64,000 nucleotides of DNA, taken from the NCBI GenBank assembly GCA_013265495.1, contig MU060195.1:62001-126000 (forward strand), in the 5' to 3' direction. Both the position numbers and the translations under genes were made by a program. The stretch's first letter is position 1. Each line of letters starts with the position of its first letter. This DNA is from Vicugna vicugna (Eukaryota). The notes below the pieces were generated by a model. The model saw only the letters and a program-made list of their open reading frames with translations. It searched no databases and was not told the DNA's origin. This document shows positions 46,236-59,226 of the stretch, piece after piece.

Positions 46236-49200
46236 GTTCCGGTTCTCGTAAGAAAGAAGGCAAATCTAAACGCTGTACCAATACAGCATAAAATGTAGAA
46301 GTCTCAATTCATCTGGCTTGATAGCTTCATTATTTTACTCAGAACCAAGAGCATGGCCTTAAGATATTAGTCAGAGACACAGGACTTGGCATTGGGATTT
46401 GAACACAGGATTGTTGTCAGTCTATTCTTTACGCATGTTCAAATCATAAACACAATTCATTTGTAAGTGATCATAGCTCAGTTTTAGAAACATGTTTCCT
46501 TCAAAAATAATTTGAACAAGTCTCTGATCATTTAAATAAACTAACAAAAATAAACAAGTGATTTTAAGTTTGAAGCAACTGTTTTCACGTGCAACTGCCG
46601 ATGAGCTGCTTCGTACCACAGTGGACCAGCTTGCTCGCTTTTAACTAGATGCTAAGACGCGCAGGCGAGCTTTTCACCTGCTCTCATCGTCCAGGGTGGG
46701 GGTGGAGCAAATGGCCCTGAGAACTGGGCCAGCTGCCTTGCCGGGCGTCTGGGTCATGACAGAGAACCAGCCGGTGTAAAGCAATTAAGTCTGACCAGCC
46801 CTGATGGCCATTTAATGAGGCTCCTTGGCAGAAGGGACTTCACTCTACCTGTCTCAAATAGGTTGTGATGTGCCACAAAGCTAAGGTAATAAATAATTTA
46901 AGTGCTGAAATATTCCAGCAGAAGGGCTGTCTTGCTGACTGTGGAGCGCCGGTCTATGCTGTCACCAACAGAAACAGTGCGCAGGAACTCGCCCACGGAC
47001 GGGAGACCAAGGCACGGAGACACAGCAGCTCTTTTCACGGGGAAAGAGTTAAAACACTGGCTAAGAGCTGAGGATAACGGTGCTGTGCCTCACGTCCACT
47101 TCTCGGCACGACCGACAGGCCCTGTCAGGCACCTGGAAGGCCTGGCCCTGAGATTGAGTTAATGGTGAGAAGGAGGAAGTCCTGTAATTACACAAGAAAT
47201 CACACACTCTGCTTTTTAGCCAGCAGAGCTGAGTGGCTTCTGCAGATGGTAAATTAACCCAGCGGGGACTGGGGGAATAGTTCTGTGCAAGAGATTTCTT
47301 TATTCATGAGGATAATTGGATACTGAAATGCCATCATGTGTTGTATCTTGATTTGAAACTGTCATCTGACACGTGAAGCCCTTGCCTGCCTGCACCGTCC
47401 TCAGCCGGGTGTCCCTGCTTCACTGATGGTGGAGTCGCCTCTCTGCAGTGATGCCCGGGCCGGGACCCTCCGGCTCGAGGAGCCTGTCCTGTTTGGCATT
47501 GTCCATTCAGGTCACTCCAGTGACCCTACGTCCAAGAGGAATCATAGCGTGTATACTTTCAAGGAGCTCAGAGAACAGCCCGCTCTGTAGGCAGGAATGT
47601 GAGGACGACTCGAGGAAGCCCCCTCTGGGGGTCAGTGCTTGTGCTTCACAGAGGCTGCGTTTTTCAGGCATTTTCTTTCCATATCCACATTCCAAAGGTG
47701 CCGTCTAGAGAGAAAGCAGCACAGACAGATGCCTGGAAGTTCACACGTTATGAGGTGACTACATGGGCACGTGGCAGAAAGGGGAGATGTGCATAAGGCC
47801 CTGCCTGCGCTCCTCTGCGTGAAGGCGGCACCGCGGGCCTGGAGCACGCCCACAGGGGCCACCCCGGGGGGGCGGGCCGCGCAGGTGGATCGTGAGCCGG
47901 GCACCCCCTCTGCGGAGCAGCCCCGTCTGCACACCGATGCCACGGCGGTGAGGGTGCCAGGAAGGGAGGGCGCCCGCTCCTGATTGACACGTCTGTCTGG
48001 GCGCTGGTGTTTACACGGGAATAACGAGGCCGCCCCCACGCCCCTGCTGGGCCTGATTACCATGCAGAGGCTTCTCGGGTTGTGTATAATTGATGCCCCC
48101 TTCCCTCCAGCTAACCGACGGCAGCTCCCAGGAGAGGTGCTGATTCGCCTGCAGCTCGCCATGCAAGCAAACACTGGGAACGGCGAGCTTTCTCTCTGCT
48201 TAACAATTTTTAAAGATTCCCAAAAGTGCCATTTACGTGTTTTAGAGGCACAAGGACTGGCGGTGGGTGTGGGCTCCCTGCTTAATAACAATTGTGGGCT
48301 CAGACAGCTGAGAGACGGTATTCAAGGCCTGCTTAGCCTGTGCACACGTGCCTCTGCGTGCGTGTGTGCGTGCGTGTGAATGTGCACTGCGTGTGTGACA
48401 GAAATACACTGAACTACGTCACTCTTTAGGGCGAAGTGTCGCCTCTGACGACCCCCCTCATTTGGGGTGTGGGAGGGGCGCATCTGAACCCCAGTTTGCA
48501 TTGGGAAGGGTCTTTGTGCTTTTAGTCCTGGAAGCTAATTTTCTAGGGGTGATGTCACATGTGTGTGGCGTGGTTAGGCAGGGGGACAGAATTCAGCTGG
48601 GCTGCAGTTCGGATCCCAGTTTATGAAGGGAAGGTAAACTAGGGGTGTGAAGTCCCCACGCTCCAGTCTCACAGAGCCACTCAGTCTCCAACGCAGTCAC
48701 ACCGCCCAACCTCTTGCATATGTGGAAACCAGAGCCCATCAGCCCAAACAGGACCACCGCAACCCAGTGACGGGCCGCCCTGAGCCTGACCGCGGTACCC
48801 AGGCCAGTGTGCAGACAGCAGGACCCTCTCAGCCCTTGTGCACATTCGTGTGTCCAGAATGACCCAGCTCAAGACCCAAGGCCTGGGAAGAATGAGGCTC
48901 TTCCCAGCCCGGAGTGGGCTCAGCCTGGCAGCCTGGCGGCTCTGGAGGAAGCGGGGGAGGCGGGTCCCCCTTAGTGGTCAGCCACAGGCCCTTGATCACT
49001 CTCTGGGACCCTCCATACATCTCACTTGTGTGTTTTAAACCTGCTTGTGTTTCAGTTGCTACCATTTGGAGGATGGTTCCAAAGATTTCACGGCGGGAGG
49101 GGCGGCTCTCTGGTGAGGAGGACAAAGGTGGAAGCCAGTGAGAGGCAGTCCACCTTCTTTTTTCTCACCACTGATGCTCGTTCACATCTATACTCAAAGA

Positions 49201-50234
49201 AGAAGTGAACGGAAGGCATAAGGGCAGAGAGGCTCTTCAGCTGGATGATTTGGTGGAGAAAGAGCTAAAGTCTGGGGAATGAGCCCAAAAAGATAACTTA
49301 CGTATTTTCTTTCAAAATAATCTGGCCACCACCGTTGTTTGGGTCTTAGCACACCCAAACTCCCGACGCGTCATAAACCTTTGAAATTTAGGAGTGAGGC
49401 AGATCCTTCGTCTTAATCCTTACAGTCTCCAGGATGCACGCACCCTGAGGAAATACCAGTACTTTGTGCTTGGAGTTGGAATAGTTTTACAAAGGCCGTT
49501 TCCTACTGGTTCACAAACTCCGTTTCTAACGCAGACTTAACAGCAGGTGAGCAACCAGGTCTAAGACTGGCCTTCTCCAGTTAACAAGGACACAGATTGT
49601 CCCGTTCAGTCACAACAAGAATTAAATAATCACGCTGCCAATTGTCCTGTAGCGCAAAGACAGCCCTTTACAGCAATTACGCAGCCCGCACCACCAGCAG
49701 CACCAACACCGAGAGACCCCGGCCTGAGTGAAGGGAAAGGTGTGGGACCCTATCCGTTCTGTATTTACAACGTCCAGTTTATTACTTTCCTGGCAAACTT
49801 TCAACAATAAAGAAAGTTAATAGTTATATGTAGAGGTGTGTACATTTTACTTACTAGCTAAAAGAATAAAGTGTTTATTAAAAACAGAAAAATAAATAAA
49901 AACATCACCAAACAAACAGCCATAGGAAGCAGCACGTGGACCAAACCAACATCAATTGATGAATCCATCAAAGCCACCAAAACCGACCAGCCCGTCAAGA
50001 CAAGGCACAGGGCAGCGCAGACGCACCACGAGGAACAGAGTCAGCGCCCGCTGAGGCAGCGGCCTCGTGTCCTTGGCTCCGGCAGGCACAGCTCCTTCGC
50101 TCGCACGGGAGGGGCTGGTCCCCAGCCAGTGAAGGTCCCCCCGTGGCCCACGGCTGTCTCCAGAGTGTCAGATCACGTCACTAGGCCATCGAACGCCATT
50201 TGGACATGAGGACTGGTGAAAGTGGTCGAGGGGC

Positions 50235-50294
50235 TCCCCCCGGCCGGCCCTCGGGGAGGAAGGTCCCCCTGGCTGGCCCTCGGGGAGGAAGGTC
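50235..50294. repeat. 29-bp tandem duplication (2 copies)
   Basis: GGCCCTCGGGGAGGAAGGTC occurs at 50246 and 50275. Confidence 0.9.
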
Positions 50295-53200
50295 TCAGCT
50301 AATCCAGGGCTTGGTTAAAACCAGACATTATCTGCTTCTGTGAATTTGTATTAGGTTCATCTCCAAAATTGTCAAATACTAGATTCAAAAAACCCTGGTA
50401 TTTCAAAGTATCCTCAGGAAAGAAGCTGTTGTGAGAACCATCTCAATTAAATTATTTCAAGATTGATTGACTTGCAGATTTTCAATGAAATACAAAAGTT
50501 CCTTGAAGGTATGGAAGTCTGCCATTAATACAGTTACTCAAGGGACTCGTGCATCCGCGCGCAGCAACCATCACCGCCCAAATGTCCTGCTAATTGTCTC
50601 TCCACGGATCATGACCGTGTACACCTTATTTTATAGGAAACCTAAGGCCACAGTAACACAAATATACCAATTGTTCTGTGACAGCACTCGCTGTATTTGA
50701 CGTAGGCGGGAAAATGAAAGCTCTTCTCCTGGGATGTGCTTAGCGTTGCACTAGATGAAAAGTGACTCTTGGATAAAAGAGTTTTTCGTGAGCACCTCTA
50801 AGTCATACTGTGTCCCGAATGCGGGAGCTGAAGACCCAGAAGAAACCCACGCTGCTTCAGCGCGTCCGCAGGGCAGGTGCGGCGCTGCGCAGCCCCGGGG
50901 AGACGCCTCCAGGCGGTTTGCTAGATGAGATCATCCCGTTCCGCGGACCGTGGCCAGTCCAGCTCCACTGCCCGCGAGAACAGTCGGGGGCTGGAGATGC
51001 TGCCCTGCTCGTGTGCCAGCAGCCCTGAGGGATACGCATTCTGCTCGTTTTCAGGAGCCTCGCATCCTGCGATCCACGAGGTCGGAAAGCTTTTACACCA
51101 CAAACCAGGGGAGCTTCACCTTCTGTGAAGACTGAGCTGCAGCCATACTCCTCTGACGATGCTGCTGTTGAGGTCGACCATCACCCTCTTTCCTAAATTG
51201 ATATAAAGTGTGAGTTAAGTAACATCCCAGCTGATCGTCAGCATTAGCTCCTCTGCTGCGGTCAAAACCCCCAATACCAGACAAATATTTGAGTGATCAG
51301 GTGACCTACTTGGACTTTTCCAAATACTGATGATTGATCAAGAATTCTTGGGACCCCTGGGCTTGCGTATTTCTGTAATATGTCATCTTCTGCGATAAGA
51401 CAATGATTAGGAAGAATGAGGATGAATTAGAAGCAAAATGAGTTTATTCTTTTTTAAATCAATCGAGGGATGTTTCTCCCTTTTGTTAGTACCCGCTAAT
51501 TCCTAGTAAAACAGTCCTGTGGTTTCTTTCTAACGTGTGCTACCACCAATCACATTTATCCCGTCTGCATCTGGGCACTGCCTCACGCACTCGGACGAAG
51601 GGATTCATGCTCCTGCTAGGAACAGCACTGGCCTGGATTTCCCTGAGCTCACTCTCATCCCGCAGCAGGACGGTGGCAACCCAGAGATGGAGGTGAGCGC
51701 AGCAGCGGTCGCTGTGTCACTGCCACAGCTCTCTTTCTTGTCTTCCTCTTGTTACGACTTCCACCCCCCTAATTTGGCTACTTCAGGTGAGTCCTCCCCG
51801 GTATCAAAGTCAGAGGTGTCCAGTGCTGGTCAGCCTCTTGGGGGTCATTCATATTCAAGCCTTTAATACTTCTCCTCACAGAAAGGAGCCGGCGTCTGGA
51901 GGGGCCGCCAGATCCGCAGAGGCAGCACGGCCCCGGCTCCAGCCTGGGCCAGCCCCAGCGGGCACCCTGCCGTCCAGCTCCTTCCAGGCTCCTCTGCCAC
52001 AGGCCCGGGCACCCCTCGAAGGGAGAAGGCCCCCACACCCCTCCGTGCCCGAGGAAGGCGGCACTGAGAGTGCGAAGGGGGCTCCCCTCTTTGGTGAGCA
52101 TGTGCGGACGAGGAGGGCAGGAAGGCGGGTGCTCACCTCTGCCGGGCGGCAGGAGGAACCCGGCTTCTCTGCGGAGCTGATGGTGGCAGATCCAACTCAC
52201 CTCTCAGGGAAGGCTGTCAGATCCGCTGGTGATGAGTGACAGCTGTGACCGGCGTAAATCCCCCTGTGTTGTAAATTTCCGACAGCAGTACACCTGGGCC
52301 ACCTCACGCCAGGCGGTGGGCGGCTGTGCGCAGCCCCCGGAAGCTTGGGCTGCTGGGGACACCGCACAGCCCACGCCTCCACTCTGAACCCACAGGACAA
52401 TCCCAGCTGGTCACAGACGCCGTGTGCGGGTCACTGACTGTCCCGCTGCTGCCCAGACACACTCTCCAACTCATGTCCCTCCACTGAATCTCAGATCGCA
52501 CCCTGCATTACTATGAGGACACCGAGAGGAAATTATCTGCTGTGTCCTGAGCGGATCAGCAGCTGACCCACGGCTCACACCCGCGTCTGCTGACACCAGT
52601 GCTCGAGACTGTTGTTGCTGCCCTGGAGCGTGTTTACCCTGCTTTCTCCCCACGTTGCTCTGCTCTAATGTCCCAAGGGGTGCTGAGAAGGGTTTGTTAA
52701 TGTCAGAAAAGTCCGCGATCTACACACTCTCAGCCCGAGAAAGTCTGAGCAGAACATTTTCTTAGCCTCTGAGAGGCTGCTGAGGGGCCAGACATAATAG
52801 TTAAGCAGCTGGAAAAATCACTTGAATGACTCACCACAGCTGTACTGTCTTTCTTTCTTCCTTTTTTTTTTTTTGGCATTGGCTGTTGGGATTAAAACAT
52901 GGAAAATGGAATGAAATCTTTTAAAGAGAGGAGTGAAAAAATTACAACAGAAGCTGAATCCTGAAATTCACGGAGGGGTGATGACAGACAAAAGCCACCA
53001 TGGGGTCAAGGGTGGTGGGCGCTCCGCCAAGGAGTGGGTCCTGGGTGCCGGACCGACAGCCTCGCGGGTCCTGTCAACACGGTGCCCCTCGGCCACCAGC
53101 CCACATGTCGGCTGCGGAGCTCGGAAATGGTGACTCAGAAGAACACAGTCCCAGAGCTGGGGCTGTGCCTGTAAGTGATGCCTACACGGCTCGGGCTTGG

Positions 53201-53630
53201 GGGGCACGAGAAAGCGGCTTAGAACAGCAGTGCCCAGGAAAGCAGGAATAAAAGGCGGCTTTGAAAGGTATGCGTTTTAGCGTGTTCTCAGCAGCCCTGC
53301 AGAGGCCCGCTGCGTCTTTGCGCACCTGATGGTGATGACATGCGTGTCTGCGCAGCACACGTCCCGGCAAAAGGTCACCGAGAACTGGCCATGCTGCCCC
53401 ACAGTGCCTGTGGTTCCCTCCCCTTTCCTGTCAGCCTGTCTTGCCCGGCATCTCGCAGCTGCCAATAGGGCAGCCTGGTTGTCAGCCCAGGGCTCCACGC
53501 CACCCAGTCCCCGAGCCAGTCCTGCCCGAGCCTCCCAGGACATCAGAGCCTGCCCCATGCGGAGGTATCGAAAGATGGCTGCTATTTCAGTAGCTGATAT
53601 TCCAAAATGCCACTGCTGTGCCCGGCAAGC

Positions 53631-53810
53631 TGCGTATCTGTCATCTGCCACCGCGTAACAAACCAGCCCCCAACTCAGTGGCCCAGAGTAGCCGCCCGCT
53701 TGTCTGGTCACGGTTCTGGGAGCTCACAAGCAGGGTGCGCTGGGGCGGCTGGTCTCTGCCCATGTGGTGTTGGCAGGTCAGCTGGGCTGGCTCATCCCAG
53801 GTGGCCTTTA
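53631..53810 (-). mobile_element. MaLR LTR (older MLT1 subfamily) fragment, GC-shifted
   Basis: TATCTGTCATCTGCCACCGCGTAACAAACCAGCCCCCAACTCAGTGGC versus recalled tatctattgctgcgtaacaaattaccccaaaacttagtggc. Confidence 0.65.
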
Positions 53811-55224
53811 GTCCCCCACAACCCGCTCACAGCATCAGATAAGGAGACCCTCTGCCACGTACACCCCCATCTTTCACCTGTGACGCTTAATCCACTTTCT
53901 GATGGACGCTGGCTGCTCCGCTGGGTCCTGCACCCTCTCCTGAGCCTCAGCCTACTGGGCTGTGGCTGTCCCCAGGTCCTGAGAGGACAGCTGGGCCCCT
54001 CGGCCCTGGCTGGCATCCTGTTCCAAATGTAAGGATGCTCCAGTCATGGCCAGAAGCTCTTGTGGCGTCTGCCTTATTCTGTTAATTCTGGCCCAGACCA
54101 TTCATCCAGTAAATGTTTATCAGGCGTCTGCCATGTGTTGCTAGACCCTTGAGAAGTTTCTGATGTTTTGGAGAGATGTGTTTGTGATCAGGTAAACTGC
54201 ACCATAATATAACAATTGTGCTCCAGAATTATGAATGACGAGCTGATAGGTACCAAGGATGTGGGGAAACTTGACCAAAGAGGGGACGTTTAAAGTGGAT
54301 TCTCAAGGATGAATGAAGTTTGCTGGCTGACGGTGGTAAGGAAAGGAATTTCAGGTAAAAGACGCTGCAAAGTTGTGGTGAGACTCTCAGTCCTGCTGAG
54401 AAAGGCCTGGGTCCACTGCCTGTGGACCCGAGGACCGAGGGTGAGGCAGAAGAGCAGGTTAAGTCCTGGGGGGCAGCAGCTAAGCTGGGAAGCCTGTTTC
54501 CCGTCCCACAGGCCGGAATCCAGCTGCGAGGTGTGCCCTGGCTTGCAGACCCTTGGAGTCACCGGGCTCTCAGCCCAGACTGATGAATCAGGAGAGTCGG
54601 GGAGCCTAGGAGTCTGAGTTGTCAAATCTACACCGTCCCCCTGATGGCCGGCCTCATGGGGAAGCATGTCTTCATCTAATGGGGAAGCCCACGTAAGGGG
54701 TGAAATGTGACTGCGTCTGGAGATTGGGAAAGTGACTGCAGGTGCCGTAGGGAGGTGAGCGCAGCTGGGCGACAACCAAGGAAGGGAGGTGTGATGTGGG
54801 TCTGATCCCGGAATGGAGACTGGGGAGAGCGTTCCACGGAGTCAGCTGAGTGTCACGGGAGGAGGCGCAGAAACTGAGGAGAAACAGAGGGTGACTGTAC
54901 AGCTGCTCGCTGGTGTCTGAGGGGACAGGACGGCCGTTAGCTGAGTCCCAGGACTTGGCGTCTCGGCCTGGGGGAGGGTGATAAGCGTTTCACCTGAGAA
55001 GGGTGGGATCTAAGATATCAACAAGACGGCAAGGTGGACCTGCCCGTGTGAGAGATGGGAAAGTGTATCTGAAGCTTAAACATAATAAGGCACCCTGAAC
55101 TGGAAGACGTCACAAGAGACAGGATCGAAAGACGGCAGGTGAGCTGACCAGGGACCCCGCGGAACCACAGCCCTCACATCAAGGTGAATAAAGCTAATTT
55201 AAGCAGCCTCTGAAGAGACAAACT

Positions 55225-55320
55225 CGTTGGGCCACTCCCTAGAGATTCTGATCCAGGGGGCTGGGCTGAGGCTCAGGGAGAAATGTTTGTAACCATAAGT
55301 ACAAGTGATTTCTGGGACCG
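55225..55320. mobile_element. MER5-like fragment
   Basis: GGGCCACTCCCTAGAGATTCTGATCCAGGGGGCTGGGCTGAGGCTCAGGGAG. Confidence 0.55.
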
Positions 55321-55374
55321 TATTCTGAGGAACACTGATGCAGACAGAGTGTATGGATGAGCCTCAGACAACTC

Positions 55375-55735
55375 CTCAGAGCTGAACTGTGAACCCTTAC
55401 CTGCCCCCCGTGCCTCACAATGGACTGTATTTGGAGACAGGGGCTTGAAGGAGGTAACCAAGGTAAAATGCGGTCAGATATTGCGGCCTCAATGCAATAT
55501 GGCTGTGTCCCCATCAGGAGAGAAGAGCAGGACGCAGACACACACAGGAAGACCAGGCGTGGACACTGGAGGCAGACGGCCATCTGCAAGCCAAGCAGAG
55601 AGGCCTCTGAAAGAGCCGACTCTCTGACACCGTGGCCCTTAGAACTTCAGTCTCCAGATCTACAAGAAAATTAATTTCTGTTGAGTAAGCCACCCAGTCT
55701 CCGTCCTCAGTCACGGCAGCCAGCTCACACAGAAA
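55375..55735 (+). mobile_element. MaLR solo LTR (MLT1A/B-like)
   Basis: GGACTGTATTTGGAGACAGGG...GCCATCTGCAAGCCAAGCAGAGAGGCCTC...AATTAATTTCTGTTGAGTAAGCCACCCAGTCT. Confidence 0.85.
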
Positions 55736-56079
55736 CGAAGATGGACTGTCAGAACAATCAGAACCAAAAACAAGAGAAAGGATACCCGGAAAATGAAGGG
55801 AGGGGGTGAGCGACAGTGTCTGAGTCCACGGGGAGACCAGACGGTGACCTGGAAGAGGGGCATTGCCAGGTGATCTCACGAGACCAGCAACAGCACGGTG
55901 ATGTGGCAGAGATGGGGCCGGGGGCCAAAGGGGGGCTGAACAGCTGGGAAGGTGGAGTTGGGCGGACACCATGAGGGCGCTGCCTTGGAGGGGAGCATTT
56001 TAGGACAGAGAAGAGTAGAACACATTTGAGACTAAGGGGAGGAGCCAGAAAAGAAGGCTGTGTTGAAGGTGCAAAAGTA

Positions 56080-56082
<3 letters not shown>

Positions 56083-56127
<45 letters not shown>
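56083..56127. repeat. (AAT)15 microsatellite
   Basis: Perfect trinucleotide run. Confidence 0.98.
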
Positions 56128-56128
<1 letters not shown>

Positions 56129-56625
56129 GAAGGCAGGGGACAACCAGAGCAGTGGGGAGAAGGAGCCCAGGTTTAGACGAAGGAGGAGGAGAGGGTGGAG
56201 CAGGTGGAGGAGACGGAGAGGAAGAAGGGAGGGAGCGGAGCAGGAGGAGGGTCTGGGAAGGTGACCCCTTTTCCTCAGCAGAAGAGGAGGACAGGGTGGA
56301 AGAGGCACAGTCAGGGGCTGACCCTCTTTTCCCGGGAACACAGCAGGTGTGGTCACCTGCCAAGAGTTAGGGTTTGGGGTGATATTTTTATTTAGATTAA
56401 ACAAACACACGGGATATGGTGACAGGGAACCTGGAGGCTTCCAGTGACATGCGATGAGACAGGGAAGGTCTGACTTTATCCAGTTTGCAGAATAAAGAGG
56501 AAAGACTTGAGTCAGCCCTCCCCATCCTCCTCTCCTAGGCTGACTGAGTGCACCTGAAATTAGTCGATTCCAGTTCACGGGTAACTGCTCTGTCAACATA
56601 ACATTGTCCTTAGAATCAGGGGGGT

Positions 56626-57030
56626 TGACTGGATAAAGAAGATGTACATATGCACAATGGAATATTACTCACCCCTAAACAAAATACTGCCATTTGCAAC
56701 AACATGGATGGACCTAGCGATGATCACACTAAGTAAGTATGTCATACTTACTTATGACATACTGAAGTAAGTCACACAGGGAAAGACAAATATCATATCA
56801 CTTGTATGTGGAATCTGAAAAAAAGGACCCAAATCCTATTTACAAACCAGAAACAGACTCATGGACACAGAAAACAAACTGTGGTTACCAAAGGGATAAA
56901 TTAGGAGTTGGGGATTAACAGACACACACTACTGTGTATAAAACAGATAAACAAGGACCTACTATACAGCAGAGGGAACCACATTCAGTATCTTGTAATA
57001 ACCTATAATGGACGCGAATCCAAGGAGAAA
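56626..57030 (+). mobile_element. Camelid L1 3' end fragment carrying a palindromic insertion
   Basis: TGACTGGATAAAGAAGATG...CCATTTGCAACAACATGGATGGACCTAG...ACAAACCAGAAACAGACTC...CAGTATCTTGTAATAACCTATAATGG. Confidence 0.9.
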
Positions 57031-57526
57031 ATAATAGCAGAAATCAAGTTTTGTGACATTTGATTGCGTCCTTCCCATCCATCAATTCCTGTCCTGCAGT
57101 TCCCAAGTTGCTCTCCGTTCCCCCAGCATGGGGGACCAGAGATCTCATATCCAGTATCCCAGTCACCGGGAGCCCCTGCTGTGTTCTAGTGGAAGGCACT
57201 GCACGTGGACTAACATTGTTCAGCAAAATGCACAGTGTTTTTAACGAAGTGGAAGGAAATCTTGCTTGATCTCAATGAGAAAACTTTTATGTTCTGTTTG
57301 CTTCAGTGAGGTCAGCAAATACTTGGAATGGCCGTAAAGAAGGTTCAGCCGTGGGCTAGGCTTTGAACGAGATTGAGTTTTTCTTCCAGTGTCTTATCAG
57401 CCGAGATTTTGAAATAGGACGTCTCACCTGATGAGCGTTTTACTCTCAGATAGTCATGAGCTGTTTTAACAGAAGCTCCTGAAAATTCTACAAAAGACTC
57501 CCAGGTCCAAGTACCTTGTTCGATTT

Positions 57527-57730
57527 TTTTTCGGTTGAAGAAAGGTCAGTTTCCCGTGTACAGCATCCTGTCCCAGTCATGCATATATATATGCACATAT
57601 ATTTGTTTTCATATTCTTTTTATTGAAGATTATTAAAAGATATTTGCTTAATAGAGTTCCCTGTGCTCTACAGAAACTTTTTCATTGATTTTTACATATA
57701 GTGGTTAACATTTGCAAATCCAGTACCGAA
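57527..57730 (-). mobile_element. Camelid L1 3' end
   Basis: T tail, GTGTACAGCAT, ATTTGTTTTCATATTCTTTT, AGTTCCCTGTGCTCTACAG. Confidence 0.8.
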
Positions 57731-58893
57731 TTCTTAGTGCTGGCATTTCAGACCCATAACAACCAACGACAGCTTGGAGGGAAGAGCGTTGCTCACTGCG
57801 GGTCAGCCGACCTACACGTGCTCCCTGGTCTGGGGGACACAGGGATGGACAGTCCGCCCCCGGCACCCACAGTGGCTGAAACCAGGGCCCCCCGGCACTC
57901 CCGTCTTCCCTATCGGGGTGGCCATCCTTCCCTGGCCGTGTGAAAAGCCATCCGGCTCCTCAGCCATCCCCGTCGGGAGCTGGCCGGTGCATTTCCTGGC
58001 GATCAGAAAGCGAGCTGTTGCGTCTGCAAGCCTGCCCACCTGTCCCGCGTCTCGGTCTCCAAACAGCTGGCGAAAGCCAATATCGCCCGAGCGCTGGCCC
58101 TGCCGCGGAGGCGGACGTGGGGGATTAGACACGCGATGTTCCCGCGCGCTCTGACTTGGCAAGCTCAGCGTGACAAGTCGCACACCATTCTGAGCAGAAC
58201 CACAAAGCCTGCGGTTTTGATTACATGACATGCCGCTGGTTTTTTTTAAAGGAGCTATTCTTCAGCAACATGTGGCATCCGACTCTGGACTCGGGATGGG
58301 GTCCCACGGACCCGCCCGGGGTCTGCTGGGTCCACTCCCACGTCTCTGAGCTGAATCCCGTCCTGGGCCAGACCAGCCCTCCCAGCAGGGGGGAGCCCGA
58401 GCAGGGGTCTTCCCAGACAAGACCCAGCAGGGCTAAGGCTTCCCCAGGCAGAGGAAAGCAGACGACTGCCCCTCGTCACTGGTTCCGTTCATCTGGAAGG
58501 TGACTATTTGACACGTTGCTGTCTCTGCTGTAAATAAGCCCGCTGATGCGAGCCTTCAGGTGTGGCTTTCCTGTCAAGTATCAGGCGTCACTCGATAAAA
58601 TAAAGTTAAGACTCCAGACCTGGTCGGGACGCTCCATCAGAAGAGCTGCGCTGATTCTGGTGAGCAGCCTGGCAGGACCGGCACCGTGGCTTTGAAGAGA
58701 AAAGGGGCTGCACAAATCAATACCCGAGTCTGGGTTTATTCATCATGATTTTCAGGGTCCTTGCAAGGGATAAGCAAACGGCAGGGGACAGACATACGAA
58801 GACTTTTTTAATCACTTTTTTATCACTGAAGTGTTGAACCGCTCTCTGGTAAGATCCACTTATCTAAATATGTTATAAATATTCCTAATGGGC

Positions 58894-59042
58894 GGGGGAG
58901 GGTGTAGCTCAGCGGCAGAGCACGCGCTTAGCATGCACGAGGTCCTGAGTTCAATCCCCAGCACCTTCATCAAAAAATAACTAAACAAATGAGCCAAATT
59001 ACTCCCCCCAAGAAAAAGGTTTTTTTATTTTAAATAAATAAA
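58894..59042 (+). mobile_element. Camelid tRNA-derived SINE (Vic-1-like), intact A and B boxes
   Basis: GGGGGAGGGTGTAGCTCAGCGGCAGAGCACGCGCTTAGCATGCACGAGGTCCTGAGTTCAATCCCCAGCACC followed by an A-rich tail. Confidence 0.93.
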
Positions 59043-59055
59043 AAATATTCTAGGA

Positions 59056-59226
59056 GGGGAGGGTGTAGTTCAGAGGTAGAGCACATGCTTAGCATGCACA
59101 TGGTCCTGGGTTCCATCCCCAGCATCTCCATTTAAAAAAAAATTAAATAAATGAACCTTTATTACCTCCGACCCCCTCCCCAAGTAAACTAAACTAATAA
59201 AAGAAAACTTATAAAAAATATTTATT
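59056..59226 (+). mobile_element. Second camelid SINE in tandem, degenerate A and B boxes
   Basis: GGGGAGGGTGTAGTTCAGAGGTAGAGCACATGCTTAGCATGCACATGGTCCTGGGTTCCATCCCCAGCATCTCC followed by a tail. Confidence 0.93.

Larger units (their letters stand above)
54098..56050 (-). mobile_element. Long degraded L2 interrupted by MER5-like and MLT1 insertions
   Basis: Starts with the L2 terminus CATTCATCCAGTAAATGTTTATCAGG. GA-rich antisense L2-like segments continue to about 55190 and resume at about 55750. Confidence 0.55.

Noticed and set aside
51325-51420. TGATGA box-C-like motif suggesting a C/D snoRNA
   Set aside because: No properly spaced CTGA D box or terminal stem.
55758-56599. ORFs with poly-N, poly-L or poly-Y tracts
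   Set aside because: Translations of the (AAT)15 microsatellite and the adjoining purine-rich low-complexity DNA.
58894-58970. tRNA-Ala-like sequences (also at 59056 and 40260-40334)
   Set aside because: They continue into SINE bodies and A-rich tails with target-site duplications, so they are SINE heads, not tRNA genes.
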